Shown in pieces: positions 53,396 through 62,633 of a stretch of DNA of 64,000 nt. The stretch spans positions 11,798 to 75,797 of the forward strand of contig JBOGTC010000155.1 of NCBI GenBank assembly GCA_050692055.1, given 5' to 3'. Position numbers and translations under genes: made by a program. The notes below the pieces were generated by a model. It was not told the origin of the DNA. It saw only the letters and a program-made list of their open reading frames with translations, and searched no databases. Within the stretch, counting starts at the first letter, position 1. Each line of letters opens with the position of its first letter. Source of the stretch: Candidatus Limnocylindria bacterium. Its GTDB lineage: Bacteria; Chloroflexota; Limnocylindria; QHBO01.

Positions 53396-55726
53396 TCAGT
53401 TGCGGAGCGGCTTGCCGGTCTTGAGGGTGTGACGGATCCGGTCGCGGGTCAGCCGCTCGCCGAGCAGGCGCAGGAAGGCCTCGCGCTCGAGGTCAAGGAG
53501 GTGCCCTTCGGACACGAGCGTTCCCTCGGCCACGTCCCCGCCGCTCATCACGCGAGCCAGCTCGAGCACGATCTTGCGGTCATGCTCGCTGATCTGGCGC
53601 GCGGCGAGCTGGTTGTAGCTGAGCGCCTCGGCGGCGGCGATGCCACGGCGGCCGAGCACCGGGATGCGGATCTCTCCCGGCGGTCGGTAGCCGGTATCGG
53701 ACAGCTCGCGCGCGGCGCGGGCGGCATCGGACCACTGGCGATCGGGGTCGGCGGTGATCTGGTCGCAGTCGCGCAGGATCATGAGCTCGCGGGCCTCCGG
53801 CGCGCCCATCGCCACGCGGGCGCTGGCCACGGTCGTGAACACGTGCTGGAAGATCGGGAAGAGATCACCGCGGGCGCCGTCCGGCAAGCGCTCGGCGGCG
53901 CGGCGGGCCATGGCGGTCGAGCCGCCGGCGGCCGGGATGAGGCCCACGCCCACCTCCACCAGGCCGATGTACGTCTCGGCCAGCGCCTGCGCCCGATCGG
54001 CCGCTAGCACGATCTCGGTGCCGCCGCCCAGGGTGCGGCCGCGAGGCGCCGCGACGACCGGCACGGGGGCATAGCGGATCGCCTGCATCGCGCCCTGGAA
54101 GCGTCGGATGGCGCGATCGAGCTCGTCCCATTCGCCGTCCTCGGCCTCGATCAGCAGCAGAGCCAGGTTCGCGCCCACGCTGAAGTCGGTCGCCTGGGTG
54201 CCGATCACCAGCCCGTCGTAGCGCTCGGCGGCCAGCTCCACGCCGCGCCCGATCATGGCGATGGTGTCGATGCCGATGACGTTGAGCTTGCCGTGCAGCT
54301 CCAGCCCCAGGATCTTCTCCGGCAGCTCCAGGACCGATGCCGACGCGTTGGACGGCAAGTCCGCCTGACGCCCGCGCTCTCTCGCCGCGCCGATGTCGAG
54401 CCAGCCGGGGCGTGGATCGACCTGCTCCAGCGTATCGGTCCGGAAGCTCCACGCAGAGCCGTCGCGATAGAGCACGCCCTCACCTTCGTTGACCTTGACG
54501 TGGAGCAGTGGAGGCTCCCCGCCGCCCAGCGGCACCAGGCGCGCCGTCGTCTTGGCGTCCAGGGCGTCGATGATCTCGAACGGCCCCAGCTCCCAGGCGA
54601 AGCCCCAGCGCATGGCGCGATCGACGTCGGTGACGGTGTCGGCGATCTGCGGGCCAACTGTCGCGGCGTACTCGATCCCGGCCGCGAAGAGACGGCTCAG
54701 GAACTCGCCCGCCCGGTCCTCGGCACCCAGCAGCAGGTTCAGGCGCCTGCCGAGGTCGCTTTCGTTGCGCGCCATCTCGACGGCGCCGGACTGCATGCGC
54801 CGACGCGGCCGATACTCGCCGCTCTCCAGGTCGAGGGCGAGGATCTCGCCGCTCTCCTTGCGGAAGAACCCGGCGCCAGTCTTCTCGCCGAGCGCGCTGC
54901 GCTCCACGAGCCCGCGCATGACCGGCGGCACGGCGAATGCCTCCCGCTCGGCCGGATCGGTCAATGCCTCGGCGCAGTGGTCCGCCACCGCGGTGGCCAC
55001 GTCGATGCCCACCAGGTCGAGCGTGCGGAAGGTCGCGCTCTTCGGCCGCCCGATGAGCGGGCCGGTCAGGTCGTCGACCTCGTCCGGGCCCAGGCCGAGC
55101 TGCTGGGCGGTGCGAAGCGCGACGAGCAGCCCATGCACGCCGAGCCGGTTGGCAATAAAGGCGGGCGTGTCCCTGGCCATGACGGTGCCCTTGCCCAGGT
55201 GGCGCGAGGCGAACTCGGCCAGCGCCGCGACGGCAGCGCCATCGGTCTCGGCCAGGGGGATCAGCTCGAGCAGGCGCGTGTAGCGGGGCGGGTTGAAGAA
55301 GTGGGTGCCGAAGAAGCGCGACTGGAAGGCGGGGGAGCGGCCGTCGGCGAGCGCCGCGATCGACAGGCCGGAGGTGTTCGTGGTCACGATCGGCGATCCT
55401 GCCGCCGCTCCCAGGGCGGCATCCACGCGGGCCAGCAGGTCGCGCTTGGCTTCGAGCTGCTCCACGATCGCCTCGAGCACCCAGTCCGCGCCCGTCACCG
55501 CGTCCTCGAGCTCGTCGAGGCCACCGGTGCCGACGTTGCGGGCATCCGATGCGAGGTACAGCGGTGCCGGGCGCAGCTGCGCCACGCGCTCGAGGCCGCG
55601 CCGCGCCGCGCCTGCGTCCACGTCGAGGAGGCGAACGCGGGATCCGGCGCCGGCCAGCAGACAGGCGATCTGAGCGCCCATGGTGCCTGCGCCGAGCACG
55701 ACGACGTTCGGATAGCGCGGCGTCAT
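53396..55726 (-). CDS. Bifunctional 3-hydroxyacyl-CoA dehydrogenase / enoyl-CoA hydratase (dehydrogenase domain N-terminal, FadN-like order)
   Basis: Start at ATG 55726 (MTPRYPNVVVLGAGTMGAQIA), with ATGA overlap on the TetR stop. C-terminal crotonase-like part. Confidence 0.85.
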   Translation of the reverse strand: MTPRYPNVVVLGAGTMGAQIACLLAGAGSRVRLLDVDAGAARRGLERVAQLRPAPLYLASDARNVGTGGLDELEDAVTGADWVLEAIVEQLEAKRDLLARVDAALGAAAGSPIVTTNTSGLSIAALADGRSPAFQSRFFGTHFFNPPRYTRLLELIPLAETDGAAVAALAEFASRHLGKGTVMARDTPAFIANRLGVHGLLVALRTAQQLGLGPDEVDDLTGPLIGRPKSATFRTLDLVGIDVATAVADHCAEALTDPAEREAFAVPPVMRGLVERSALGEKTGAGFFRKESGEILALDLESGEYRPRRRMQSGAVEMARNESDLGRRLNLLLGAEDRAGEFLSRLFAAGIEYAATVGPQIADTVTDVDRAMRWGFAWELGPFEIIDALDAKTTARLVPLGGGEPPLLHVKVNEGEGVLYRDGSAWSFRTDTLEQVDPRPGWLDIGAARERGRQADLPSNASASVLELPEKILGLELHGKLNVIGIDTIAMIGRGVELAAERYDGLVIGTQATDFSVGANLALLLIEAEDGEWDELDRAIRRFQGAMQAIRYAPVPVVAAPRGRTLGGGTEIVLAADRAQALAETYIGLVEVGVGLIPAAGGSTAMARRAAERLPDGARGDLFPIFQHVFTTVASARVAMGAPEARELMILRDCDQITADPDRQWSDAARAARELSDTGYRPPGEIRIPVLGRRGIAAAEALSYNQLAARQISEHDRKIVLELARVMSGGDVAEGTLVSEGHLLDLEREAFLRLLGERLTRDRIRHTLKTGKPLRN

Positions 55727-56319
55727 GGCTCCGGCTCCCGCTGCGGCCGGGCGAGGCCGCCGAGGAAGAGGCTGACGAAGCCGTCCGCGATCTCGTCGAC
55801 GCTCAGCTCGCCGCTGGGGCGGTACCACTGCGTGAACCAGTTGCAGGCCGAAAGGACGCCGATGCCGGCCAGCCGCACGTCGAACGGCCGCAGCTCGCCG
55901 CACTCGATGCCGTCGTTGATCGTCGCGCGCCAGCGGGCCTCGTAGGCGTCGCGTCGCGCGATCATCTCGGCACGCCGTTCCGGGCTGAGCGAGCGCAGCT
56001 CGATCTGGATCAGGCTCAGCTCGTCCGCATGGTCGGCCGCCACGCGCAGGTGCTCGTGGATGGCTGCCCGCAGGCGGTCGACCGGAGGAGCATCGCCGTC
56101 CAGGATCGGCTCCACCCGCCGCTCGAGCAGGTCGAGCGCGCCCGACAGGATCGTCCACAGCAGATCGTCCTTCGACGCGATGTAGTGGTACAGGCTGCCG
56201 CGGTTCATGCCGAGCGCCTCGCCGAGATCCTGCATCGAGGTCGCGTGGAAGCCGCGCTGCCGGAAGAGGCGGGTGGCCGCCTGGAGGAGCTCGGCTTCGC
56301 GCGGTCGTGTGGCGATCAT
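55723..56319 (-). CDS. TetR family transcriptional regulator of the beta-oxidation operon
   Basis: HTH RGFHATSMQDLGEALGMNRGSLYHYIASK. Start at ATG 56319. Confidence 0.8.
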   Translation of the reverse strand: MIATRPREAELLQAATRLFRQRGFHATSMQDLGEALGMNRGSLYHYIASKDDLLWTILSGALDLLERRVEPILDGDAPPVDRLRAAIHEHLRVAADHADELSLIQIELRSLSPERRAEMIARRDAYEARWRATINDGIECGELRPFDVRLAGIGVLSACNWFTQWYRPSGELSVDEIADGFVSLFLGGLARPQREPEP

Positions 56320-56361
56320 CACCGGTCCTGCGGTCGCGTGGCCGGACGGAGTCCCTGGAGT

Positions 56362-56375
56362 CAAACGAACGTTTG
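56362..56375. promoter_or_regulatory. 14-bp perfect palindrome CAAACGAACGTTTG (candidate TetR operator), just downstream of a TACCCT -10-like box
   Basis: Read directly from the sequence. It lies 43-56 nt upstream of the TetR start. Confidence 0.45.
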
Positions 56376-56628
56376 GTCGAGGGTAGCGCAGCGGCGGTCG
56401 CGGCGTCAAGGTCCGCAGCCAAGAGCCAGACCGGATCTACGAAGAGGCGGAAGGCGGTAAGCCGCCAGTAAGCGGCCGGTAAGGGCCGATATGCATAGTG
56501 GCCGTATGCCACTCAGCAGACATCGCGGCGGCCGCCGACGCGGCCCGGCCGCCACCATCGGTCTCATCGCGAGGACGTCCGCCGCCGTCATCAGGCGCCA
56601 ACGGCGCGAGCGTCGCGCATTCGCTGCC

Positions 56629-57201
56629 ATGCCCAAGCCGGTGCCCTGGGATTGGGCGCAGCCGCGCCTGATGCCATTGCTGGCCGGTCCGTACTTCGAC
56701 AGCCCCGGCGAGGAGCTCATCCGCAGCGTGCTCGATCCCGGCATCGCCGTGGCCTTCGGCATGGACCTCGGGCACGGCGTCCTGCCATTCGTCGACGTCA
56801 CGGTCGCGCGACGCTGGGAGTGCAGTGCGGAGCAGATCCGGGATACGGCGATGACGAACCTCGTCGAGCGCGCGGCGAAGATCGAGCCAAGTATGGTGAC
56901 GAGCGGGACGCTCAGTGGCCACCTCGTCCGGCTGCTCCGACGGCCGGCGGGCTGGACGTCTTCCGTCCTGCTCGTGCCTGAGGAGCTCAAGCGGCTGTTC
57001 GGTGCGCAGGATCAGGTCTTCGCCGCCGCCGGCCACTCCACGCTCATCAGCCTGCCCGTAGACATTCCCCCCAAGGTTGCGGCGTACCTGACGCTGGACT
57101 TCGAGCGGAAGGAGCTATATCCCCTGATGCTCGACCCGTTCGCGCTAGTGGCTGGGGAGCTCATCTGGGATGGTGCCACGAATGAGTTCGATGACGACTA
57201 G
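56629..57201 (+). CDS. Hypothetical protein
   Basis: Coding-like from MPKPVPWDW... onward. The upstream Arg-rich part of ORF 56491..57201 is doubtful. Confidence 0.45.
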   Translation: MPKPVPWDWAQPRLMPLLAGPYFDSPGEELIRSVLDPGIAVAFGMDLGHGVLPFVDVTVARRWECSAEQIRDTAMTNLVERAAKIEPSMVTSGTLSGHLVRLLRRPAGWTSSVLLVPEELKRLFGAQDQVFAAAGHSTLISLPVDIPPKVAAYLTLDFERKELYPLMLDPFALVAGELIWDGATNEFDDD

Positions 57202-57223
57202 AGAGGGCCGTTGACGGCCGGCA

Positions 57224-57988
57224 TCAGACATCGTAGTCGGCGAGGGGCTCGGCAACCTCCACCGCGGACCCGAACGTCTCGCCCGCGGCGGAGCGCGAGC
57301 CAGCGGCGCCGTCCTCGACCGGCAGGTGGGTGAGAAGGAGCCGCTTCGCTCCCGCCGTGCGTGCCGCCTCCCCTGCCTCGGCTGGCAGGAGGTGGCCACG
57401 GGGCTCTGGCGGCTGGGCGTCCTCATCGAGCGAGCGCAGCGTGGCCTCGCACAGGAAGAGGTCGGCCTTTTCGGCCAGGTCGAGCACGCCGCCGCAGGGA
57501 GCCGAGTCGGCGGAGTATGCGAGCAGGCGGCCGTCGGCTTCGACGCGGAAGCCCCAGCACGGAACGAAGTGCTTGGTCTCGACCGGCGTCAGCGTCAGGC
57601 CGTCGAAGTCGAGCGGCGTTGAGCCGTCGTGCTCGGACAGGCGGAACGTGTCCTCGAAATGCCTGGCGTTGCCGGCGCCGCGCGCGAGGTCCAGCAGCTG
57701 GTTGGCGCTGCCGGGAGGGAGGATGACCTGCAACCGCTCCTCGCGAGGTCGGCTGCGCCAGGGCATGACATAGCGCAGCGTCACGAGGTCGAGCATGTGG
57801 TCGGTGTGCATGTGGCTGATGACGATCGCGCTCAGCTCGTCCGGATGATGGAGGCGCAGCAGCTGCGACACGACGCCGGGGCCGATGTCGACGAGCAGCC
57901 GCGTCGTTCCGCCTTCGACGAGGTACCCGGCGCAGGCCTCGCCGGGATTGGGATACGCGGGGGAGCGGCCGAGAACCGTGAGGCGCAT
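57224..57988 (-). CDS. MBL-fold metallo-hydrolase (RNase Z/Lactamase_B_2-like)
   Basis: ISHMHTDH motif in a 254-aa ORF. Confidence 0.75.
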   Translation of the reverse strand: MRLTVLGRSPAYPNPGEACAGYLVEGGTTRLLVDIGPGVVSQLLRLHHPDELSAIVISHMHTDHMLDLVTLRYVMPWRSRPREERLQVILPPGSANQLLDLARGAGNARHFEDTFRLSEHDGSTPLDFDGLTLTPVETKHFVPCWGFRVEADGRLLAYSADSAPCGGVLDLAEKADLFLCEATLRSLDEDAQPPEPRGHLLPAEAGEAARTAGAKRLLLTHLPVEDGAAGSRSAAGETFGSAVEVAEPLADYDV

Positions 57989-57991
57989 CGG

Positions 57992-58423
57992 TCAGGCGTG
58001 CGCGCGCTGTCGCGTCACGGCATGCGGCCGCAGGTACATCGCCCGATGGCCGTGCGACTCGGGGACGAAGCCGAGCGCGGCAAAGAACTCGACGGCGGCC
58101 GGGGTGCTGACGAGGGCGACCAGGCGCCGGTCGGCGCATCGGTCCAGTGCCAGGCGCACGAGCGCCGAGCCGATGCCGGCCCGCTGTCGATCGGGCCGGA
58201 CGATGACGTCCCACAGCGTGGCGTGCAGGCCACCGTCATCGAGCAGCCGCGCTACGCCGATCAGCTTGCCGGCCGCCGTGCGCGCGGCGAACCAGGTACA
58301 GGAGCGCGCGATGGCATCCAGGCGCCAGCGCTCACGCCGCGGCCAGTCGACCCAGGCATAGGCGGCGTTGACCTCGTCGGGCGTGAGGCCGGCGTCGGCC
58401 TCGTACCGGACGTCATCGTGCAC
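57992..58423 (-). CDS. GNAT family N-acetyltransferase
   Basis: GNAT core VIVRPDRQRAGIGSALV. GTG start at 58423, placed after the gltA stop. Confidence 0.7.
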   Translation of the reverse strand: MHDDVRYEADAGLTPDEVNAAYAWVDWPRRERWRLDAIARSCTWFAARTAAGKLIGVARLLDDGGLHATLWDVIVRPDRQRAGIGSALVRLALDRCADRRLVALVSTPAAVEFFAALGFVPESHGHRAMYLRPHAVTRQRAHA

Positions 58424-58431
58424 GTCGGCGC

Positions 58432-59739
58432 TCAGCGCTGCTCGATTGCGACGTAGTCTCGGACATCGGGCCCGATGTAGATCTGGCGGGGCCGGCCGAT
58501 CTTCGTCTCCTCCGCCTCGAGCATCTCCTTCCACTGGGCGATCCAGCCCGGCAGGCGCCCGATGGCGAAGCAGTTGGTGAACATGTTCTTCGGAAAGCCA
58601 ATGGCGCGGTAGATCAGGCCGGAGTAGAAGTCGACGTTGGGATAGAGCTTGCGGCTGACGAAGTAGTCGTCGGAGAGGGCGACCTCCTCCAGCCGCTGGG
58701 CGACCTCGTAGAGCCGGTCATCCGCGCCGGTGGCGGCCAGCACACGGTCCGCGGCGGCCTTGATGATCTTCGCTCGCGGGTCGAAGTTCTTGTAGACCCG
58801 GTGCCCGAAGCCGGCGAGGCGGAAGGAGTCGTCGGGATCCTTCGCCTTGTCGACCCACTTCTGGACGTTGCCGCCGTCGGCCACGATGCGCTCCAGCGTG
58901 TTGATGACGGCTTCGTTGGCGCCACCGTGCAGCGGGCCCCACAGCGCGCTGATGCCGGCGCTGATGCTGGCGTACAGGTTGGTGTGCGCCGAGCCGACCA
59001 TGCGCACCGTCGAGGTGGAGCAGTTCTGCTCGTGATCCGCATGAAGGATGAGGAGCAGGTCGAGCGCCTGGGCGACTTGGGGATTCACGTCGTATGCCTC
59101 GGACGGCACCGCGAACATCATGTGCAGCAGGTTGGCGGCGTAGCCCAGGTCGTTGCGCGGATAGACGTAAGGCTGGCCAATGGCCTTCTTGTAGGCCCAG
59201 GCAGCCAGGGTCGGCAGCTTGGCGATGAGGCGGTTGATGGTGACCTCGACCGCATCGGCCTCGAAGATCTCGTGGCTGTCGGGGTAGAAGGTGGACATGC
59301 CAACCGTGCCCGATGCGAGCACCGCCATGGGATGGGCGTCGTGTGGGAAGGAGTCGAAGAAGTGGCGCATCTCCTCGCGGATGAGGGTGTGATGCGTCAC
59401 CTCCTGCACGAAGCCATCAAGCTGCTCGCGCGTCGGCAGCTCGCCCCAGATGAGCAGGTATGCGACCTCTAGGAAGGTGGACCGCTCGGCCAGCTGATCG
59501 ATGGGGTAGCCGCGGTATCGCAGGATGCCCTGCTCGCCGTCGAGGTAGGTGATGGCGCTGGTGCACGCGCCGGTGTTTCCGTACCCGGGATCCAGGGTGA
59601 TGAGCCCGGTCTTCGCGCGCAGCGTGCTGATGTCGATGCCCGTGTCGCCGTCGCTGCCCTCCACGATCGGCAGCTCGAGCTCGTGGTCGCGCGCGAGCAG
59701 CCTCGCCCTGTCGGTCCGCGTCAGCGTCTCGTTCCTCAT
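58432..59739 (-). CDS. gltA: Citrate synthase
   Basis: 435-aa type II citrate synthase sequence ([17 protein letters not shown]). Confidence 0.9.
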   Translation of the reverse strand: MRNETLTRTDRARLLARDHELELPIVEGSDGDTGIDISTLRAKTGLITLDPGYGNTGACTSAITYLDGEQGILRYRGYPIDQLAERSTFLEVAYLLIWGELPTREQLDGFVQEVTHHTLIREEMRHFFDSFPHDAHPMAVLASGTVGMSTFYPDSHEIFEADAVEVTINRLIAKLPTLAAWAYKKAIGQPYVYPRNDLGYAANLLHMMFAVPSEAYDVNPQVAQALDLLLILHADHEQNCSTSTVRMVGSAHTNLYASISAGISALWGPLHGGANEAVINTLERIVADGGNVQKWVDKAKDPDDSFRLAGFGHRVYKNFDPRAKIIKAAADRVLAATGADDRLYEVAQRLEEVALSDDYFVSRKLYPNVDFYSGLIYRAIGFPKNMFTNCFAIGRLPGWIAQWKEMLEAEETKIGRPRQIYIGPDVRDYVAIEQR

Positions 59740-60731
59740 CCCAGCAGGTCCATCACCGCGTCACGCTCCTCGAGGAGCTCGCTCAGGGTGGCGTCGACTT
59801 TGCCCTGCGCCCAGGCGCCGTGCTCGATGCCCGGCACGATCTCGACCGCGCCGGGGGCCGATGCGCGCAGCGGGTAGCCGAAGACGATCCCCTCCGGCAC
59901 GTCGTACCCACCGTCGGCGGGGGCGGGGACGGCGGACGAGAAGACTTCGCCGCTCGGCTGCGTGATGTTGCGCACGGTATCGATCACCGCGTTCGCCGCG
60001 CTTGCGGCGCTCGACTGTCCGCGCGCCTTGATGATGGCCGCGCCGCGCTGCTGGACCGTGCTGATGAACTCACCCTGCAGCCAGGCCTCGTCGTCGATCA
60101 CGTCGGTTGCCGGCCGGCCGCCGATCGTGGCGTGCCACGCATCGGGGAATTGCGAGGAGGAGTGGTTGCCCCAGATGGCCAGGCCCTGCACATCACTCAC
60201 CGCGACGCCGGACTTCGCCGCCAGCTGCGATCTGCCGCGGTTCTCGTCGAGCATGGTCATGGCGAACCATCGGTCCTTCGGCATGGCGTGACGCTCGGCT
60301 GCCGTCGAGCCGATCAGGGCGTTCGTGTTGCACGGGTTGCCCACCACCAGGACGCGACAGTCGTCTGCCGCGTTGTGCGCGATGGCCTCGCCCTGCTCGG
60401 TGAAGATGCTGCCGTTGATGCTGAGCAGGTCCTTGCGCTCCATCCCCTCCCTGCGCGGCACGGCGCCGACCAGCAGCGCCCAGTTGGCGTCGGCGAAGGC
60501 CTCCTCCGTGTCGGATGTGCACAGCACTCGACTCAGCAGCGGAAATGCGCAATCGTCGAGCTCCATGCGCACGCCATCCAGAGCGGGCAGCGCGGCTTCG
60601 AGCTCAAGCAGCTGGAGGTCGACCTTCGTGGCTGGTCCGAACATCTGTCCCGAGGCGATGCGAAAGAGGAGGGCGTAGCCGATCTGCCCGGCGGCGCCGG
60701 TGACGGCCACCCTGACGTGCGGGTCGGGCAT
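59736..60731 (-). CDS. mdh: Malate dehydrogenase (LDH-like MDH family 2)
   Basis: [21 protein letters not shown]. Start at ATG 60731 with SD AGGAGAGAG. ATGA overlap with the gltA start. Confidence 0.9.
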   Translation of the reverse strand: MPDPHVRVAVTGAAGQIGYALLFRIASGQMFGPATKVDLQLLELEAALPALDGVRMELDDCAFPLLSRVLCTSDTEEAFADANWALLVGAVPRREGMERKDLLSINGSIFTEQGEAIAHNAADDCRVLVVGNPCNTNALIGSTAAERHAMPKDRWFAMTMLDENRGRSQLAAKSGVAVSDVQGLAIWGNHSSSQFPDAWHATIGGRPATDVIDDEAWLQGEFISTVQQRGAAIIKARGQSSAASAANAVIDTVRNITQPSGEVFSSAVPAPADGGYDVPEGIVFGYPLRASAPGAVEIVPGIEHGAWAQGKVDATLSELLEERDAVMDLLG

Positions 60732-60794
60732 CTCTCTCCTGGTTGGTTGGGCGCGCAAGTCGAGCTTGAGTGTAGCGCAGGCTCCGGGCCACGC

Positions 60795-61298
60795 TCAGCG
60801 TGAGCGCGACCAGTCCTCGACCGCGGATGCCATGGAGGCGAAGGCGATGCGGGGCAGCCAGTCGAGGATCGCCGAGCGGGTGACCCAGGCGTGTTCGCTG
60901 GACTCGGCGTCCAGCGTGACCGGTGCATCCGGGGTCACCTGCCGGGCGCGATACACCGCCGTGACGACATTCGAGGCCGGCGAGTGATAGACACCGGTCA
61001 GGGCGAGCAGCTCGACGGCGACGCCTGCCTCCTCCCGCGTCTCGCGCAGCGCCCCCTGTTCGAACGACTCGCCCGGATCCAGGTAGCCGGCCGGCAGATC
61101 CCAGGCGCCGATGCCCGGCTCGACGGCGCGCTTCAGAAGCAGGACCGATGGCTCAGCGTCGCCATCGGCCTGGCGCTCGAGCAGCACCGCCGCCGCCGGC
61201 TTGGGGTTGGCATGCCAGCGCCATCCGCATCGGTCGCAGAGGAGAGGCTCCTCGTGAGGGTTTGAGCAATGCGGGCAGGCCGGGACGTGGAGGCTCAC
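60795..61298 (-). CDS. NUDIX hydrolase with an N-terminal zinc ribbon
   Basis: CPHC...CDRC, then the Nudix box GESFEQGALRETREEAG. Confidence 0.8.
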   Translation of the reverse strand: MSLHVPACPHCSNPHEEPLLCDRCGWRWHANPKPAAAVLLERQADGDAEPSVLLLKRAVEPGIGAWDLPAGYLDPGESFEQGALRETREEAGVAVELLALTGVYHSPASNVVTAVYRARQVTPDAPVTLDAESSEHAWVTRSAILDWLPRIAFASMASAVEDWSRSR

Positions 61299-61311
61299 GT
61301 CCGGCAGGGTA

Positions 61312-61635
61312 TCAGGAGATCTGGACGAGCCCCGTCAGGCTGGCGCCGATGCCGGCGAAGCGCTCCCGGAACCCGGGCGCGAATCCATACCAGATGTTCG
61401 TTCCGCGCCGCTCAGATATGAGGATGCCGGCCTCGCGCAGCACCTTGAGGTGATGGCTGATGGTCGGCTGAGTGACGTTGCAGCACTCGGTGAAGTCGCA
61501 GGCGCAGATCGCTTCGCCGCCGGCCTCGCCGAGCTGCCGGAGGATCGAGAGGCGGGTGGCATCGGCCATGGCGGACAGCAGCTGGACGTCTGGATCGGTG
61601 GCTCGCATGGTGGCAGCCAGTTTATCCAGAGACAT
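61312..61635 (-). CDS. arsR: ArsR/SmtB family metal(loid)-responsive repressor
   Basis: Start at ATG 61635 (MSLDKLAA...). HTH NVTQPTISHHLKVLREAG. Thiolate-rich alpha3 site ICACDFTECC. Confidence 0.85.
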   Translation of the reverse strand: MSLDKLAATMRATDPDVQLLSAMADATRLSILRQLGEAGGEAICACDFTECCNVTQPTISHHLKVLREAGILISERRGTNIWYGFAPGFRERFAGIGASLTGLVQIS

Positions 61636-61640
61636 ATATA

Positions 61641-61670
61641 TTGACAAGTATCGATGTAGCGCACTATCCT
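61641..61670 (+). promoter_or_regulatory. Sigma-70-like promoter TTGACA-N18-TATCCT in the AT-rich arsR divergent region
   Basis: TTGACA at 61641-61646 and TATCCT at 61665-61670. This is the most AT-rich stretch of the locus. Confidence 0.45.
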
Positions 61671-61704
61671 GAGGCGCCGACACGGACCGATGAGGGAACC
61701 ACGA

Positions 61705-61878
61705 ATGAGCCTCAACCATTTCCTGCTGGCGGATGCGACACATGCCGACCGCCTGCGCACGGCGGACGAGGCTCGCGCTCGTCGGGCCCTGCGCCGCGCG
61801 CTCGAGTGCTGCCGACGTTCGCTGCTGAGCCTGCTCGGCATCCAGCGCCGCGGAACTCCCTGCGGAGCCGCCTGCTGA
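61705..61878 (+). CDS. Candidate 57-aa helical protein ending ...TPCGAAC
   Basis: GAGGGA lies 7 nt before ATG 61705. High GC3. Contains CC and a C-terminal CxxxC. No family recognised. Confidence 0.3.
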   Translation: MSLNHFLLADATHADRLRTADEARARRALRRALECCRRSLLSLLGIQRRGTPCGAAC

Positions 61879-61920
61879 AGCTCGACCCGTCGCCAAGAGC
61901 CAGCGAAAGGAGGTGAGACG

Positions 61921-62001
61921 ATGCTCAGACGCGCCTGTGGCTGCGACTGCGACTGCGGTGACTGCGGCCCTGACTGCTGTCCGACCGGTCCCTGCTGCTG
62001 A
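61921..62001 (+). CDS. 26-aa Cys-rich peptide MLRRACGCDCDCGDCGPDCCPTGPCC (metallothionein-like candidate)
   Basis: AAAGGAGG lies 6-7 nt upstream of ATG 61921. 9 Cys in 26 residues. Too short for the ORF track. Confidence 0.55.
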   Translation: MLRRACGCDCDCGDCGPDCCPTGPCC

Positions 62002-62007
62002 ACTGAA

Positions 62008-62046
62008 CGGCCGGGGAGCGACAAGGCATGGTCGTACCCCCGGCCG
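62008..62046. terminator. Hairpin CGGCCGGGG-N21-CCCCGGCCG between the convergent peptide gene and arsC
   Basis: 9-bp GC stem. Large loop and no U-tract. Confidence 0.25.
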
Positions 62047-62053
62047 CCGTCGA

Positions 62054-62521
62054 CTATTCGCGAATGCGGGTCGGTTCGGGAATCGGCAGGTCGTCCCGGC
62101 CCGCGGCCAGGATGAACATATGGACCCGGTCGCGGATGACATCGCGAGCCTCGCGAAAGGCCGCCAGTCGCGCTTCCTCGTCACCTTCCACAGCCGACGG
62201 ATCGTCGATGCTCCAGTGGGCCTGGTTCTGCACGCCGGGAATGGTTGGGCACGCCTCGCGAGCCTGGTCGCAGACCGTGATCAGCCAGGTGAAGGCCTCA
62301 CCCAGGAACGGCCCCAGGGTCTTCGATGACTGGCGACGGATGTCGATTCCGATCTCGTCCATGACCGCGATCGCCTCCGGACGCACCTGCGTCGCTTCGG
62401 TTCCGGCGCTGAAGGCCTCGAACGTCTCGCTGCCCCACGCGCGCAGCATCCCCTCGGCCATCTGGCTTCGAGCGCTGTTGTGGGTGCAGACGAAGAGAAC
62501 ACGCCTCGGATCTGTGCTCAT
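62054..62521 (-). CDS. arsC: Arsenate reductase (LMW-PTP/thioredoxin-coupled ArsC type)
   Basis: CTHNSARS (CX5R P-loop) and downstream Cys residues. Confidence 0.85.
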   Translation of the reverse strand: MSTDPRRVLFVCTHNSARSQMAEGMLRAWGSETFEAFSAGTEATQVRPEAIAVMDEIGIDIRRQSSKTLGPFLGEAFTWLITVCDQAREACPTIPGVQNQAHWSIDDPSAVEGDEEARLAAFREARDVIRDRVHMFILAAGRDDLPIPEPTRIRE

Positions 62522-62529
62522 CGCTACCG

Positions 62530-62535
62530 ATGCTA
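62530..62535 (-). promoter_or_regulatory. -10 box TAGCAT, 8 nt upstream of the arsC ATG (leaderless layout)
   Basis: Minus strand reads gTAGCATcggtagcgATG. Confidence 0.4.
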
Positions 62536-62591
62536 CGCCGCCGATGTCAACGCCGTGTCAAGGACCGTCAATGTCCACATTGGGGATGCCG

Positions 62592-62633
62592 TGTGGATAA
62601 GTCCGGTAAGTCGCTGATAAGTCGGGGATAAGG
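62592..62633. repeat. Four about-10-bp-phased direct repeats G(A/G)TAAG(T/G)C, the first embedded in a perfect DnaA-box-like TGTGGATAA
   Basis: GATAAGTC at 62596, GTAAGTC at 62606, GATAAGTC at 62616, GATAAGG at 62627. Confidence 0.6.

Noticed and set aside
53396-56512. A single 1038-aa ORF spanning the fad dehydrogenase gene and the TetR region.
   Set aside because: The first 262 codons are Arg-rich read-through overlapping the TetR gene in another frame. The real start is ATG 55726 (MTPRYPNVVVLGAGTMG), with ATGA coupling to the TetR stop.
61921-62001. The Cys-rich peptide considered as a RiPP precursor.
   Set aside because: No maturase, radical SAM, cyclodehydratase, lanthipeptide synthetase or transporter gene is adjacent. 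The ArsR/ArsC context favours a metal(loid)-binding role.
62592-62600. The perfect DnaA box TGTGGATAA considered as evidence for oriC.
   Set aside because: There is only one perfect box, no dnaA/dnaN/parAB neighbourhood and no AT-rich unwinding element. It is kept only as part of the phased-repeat observation.
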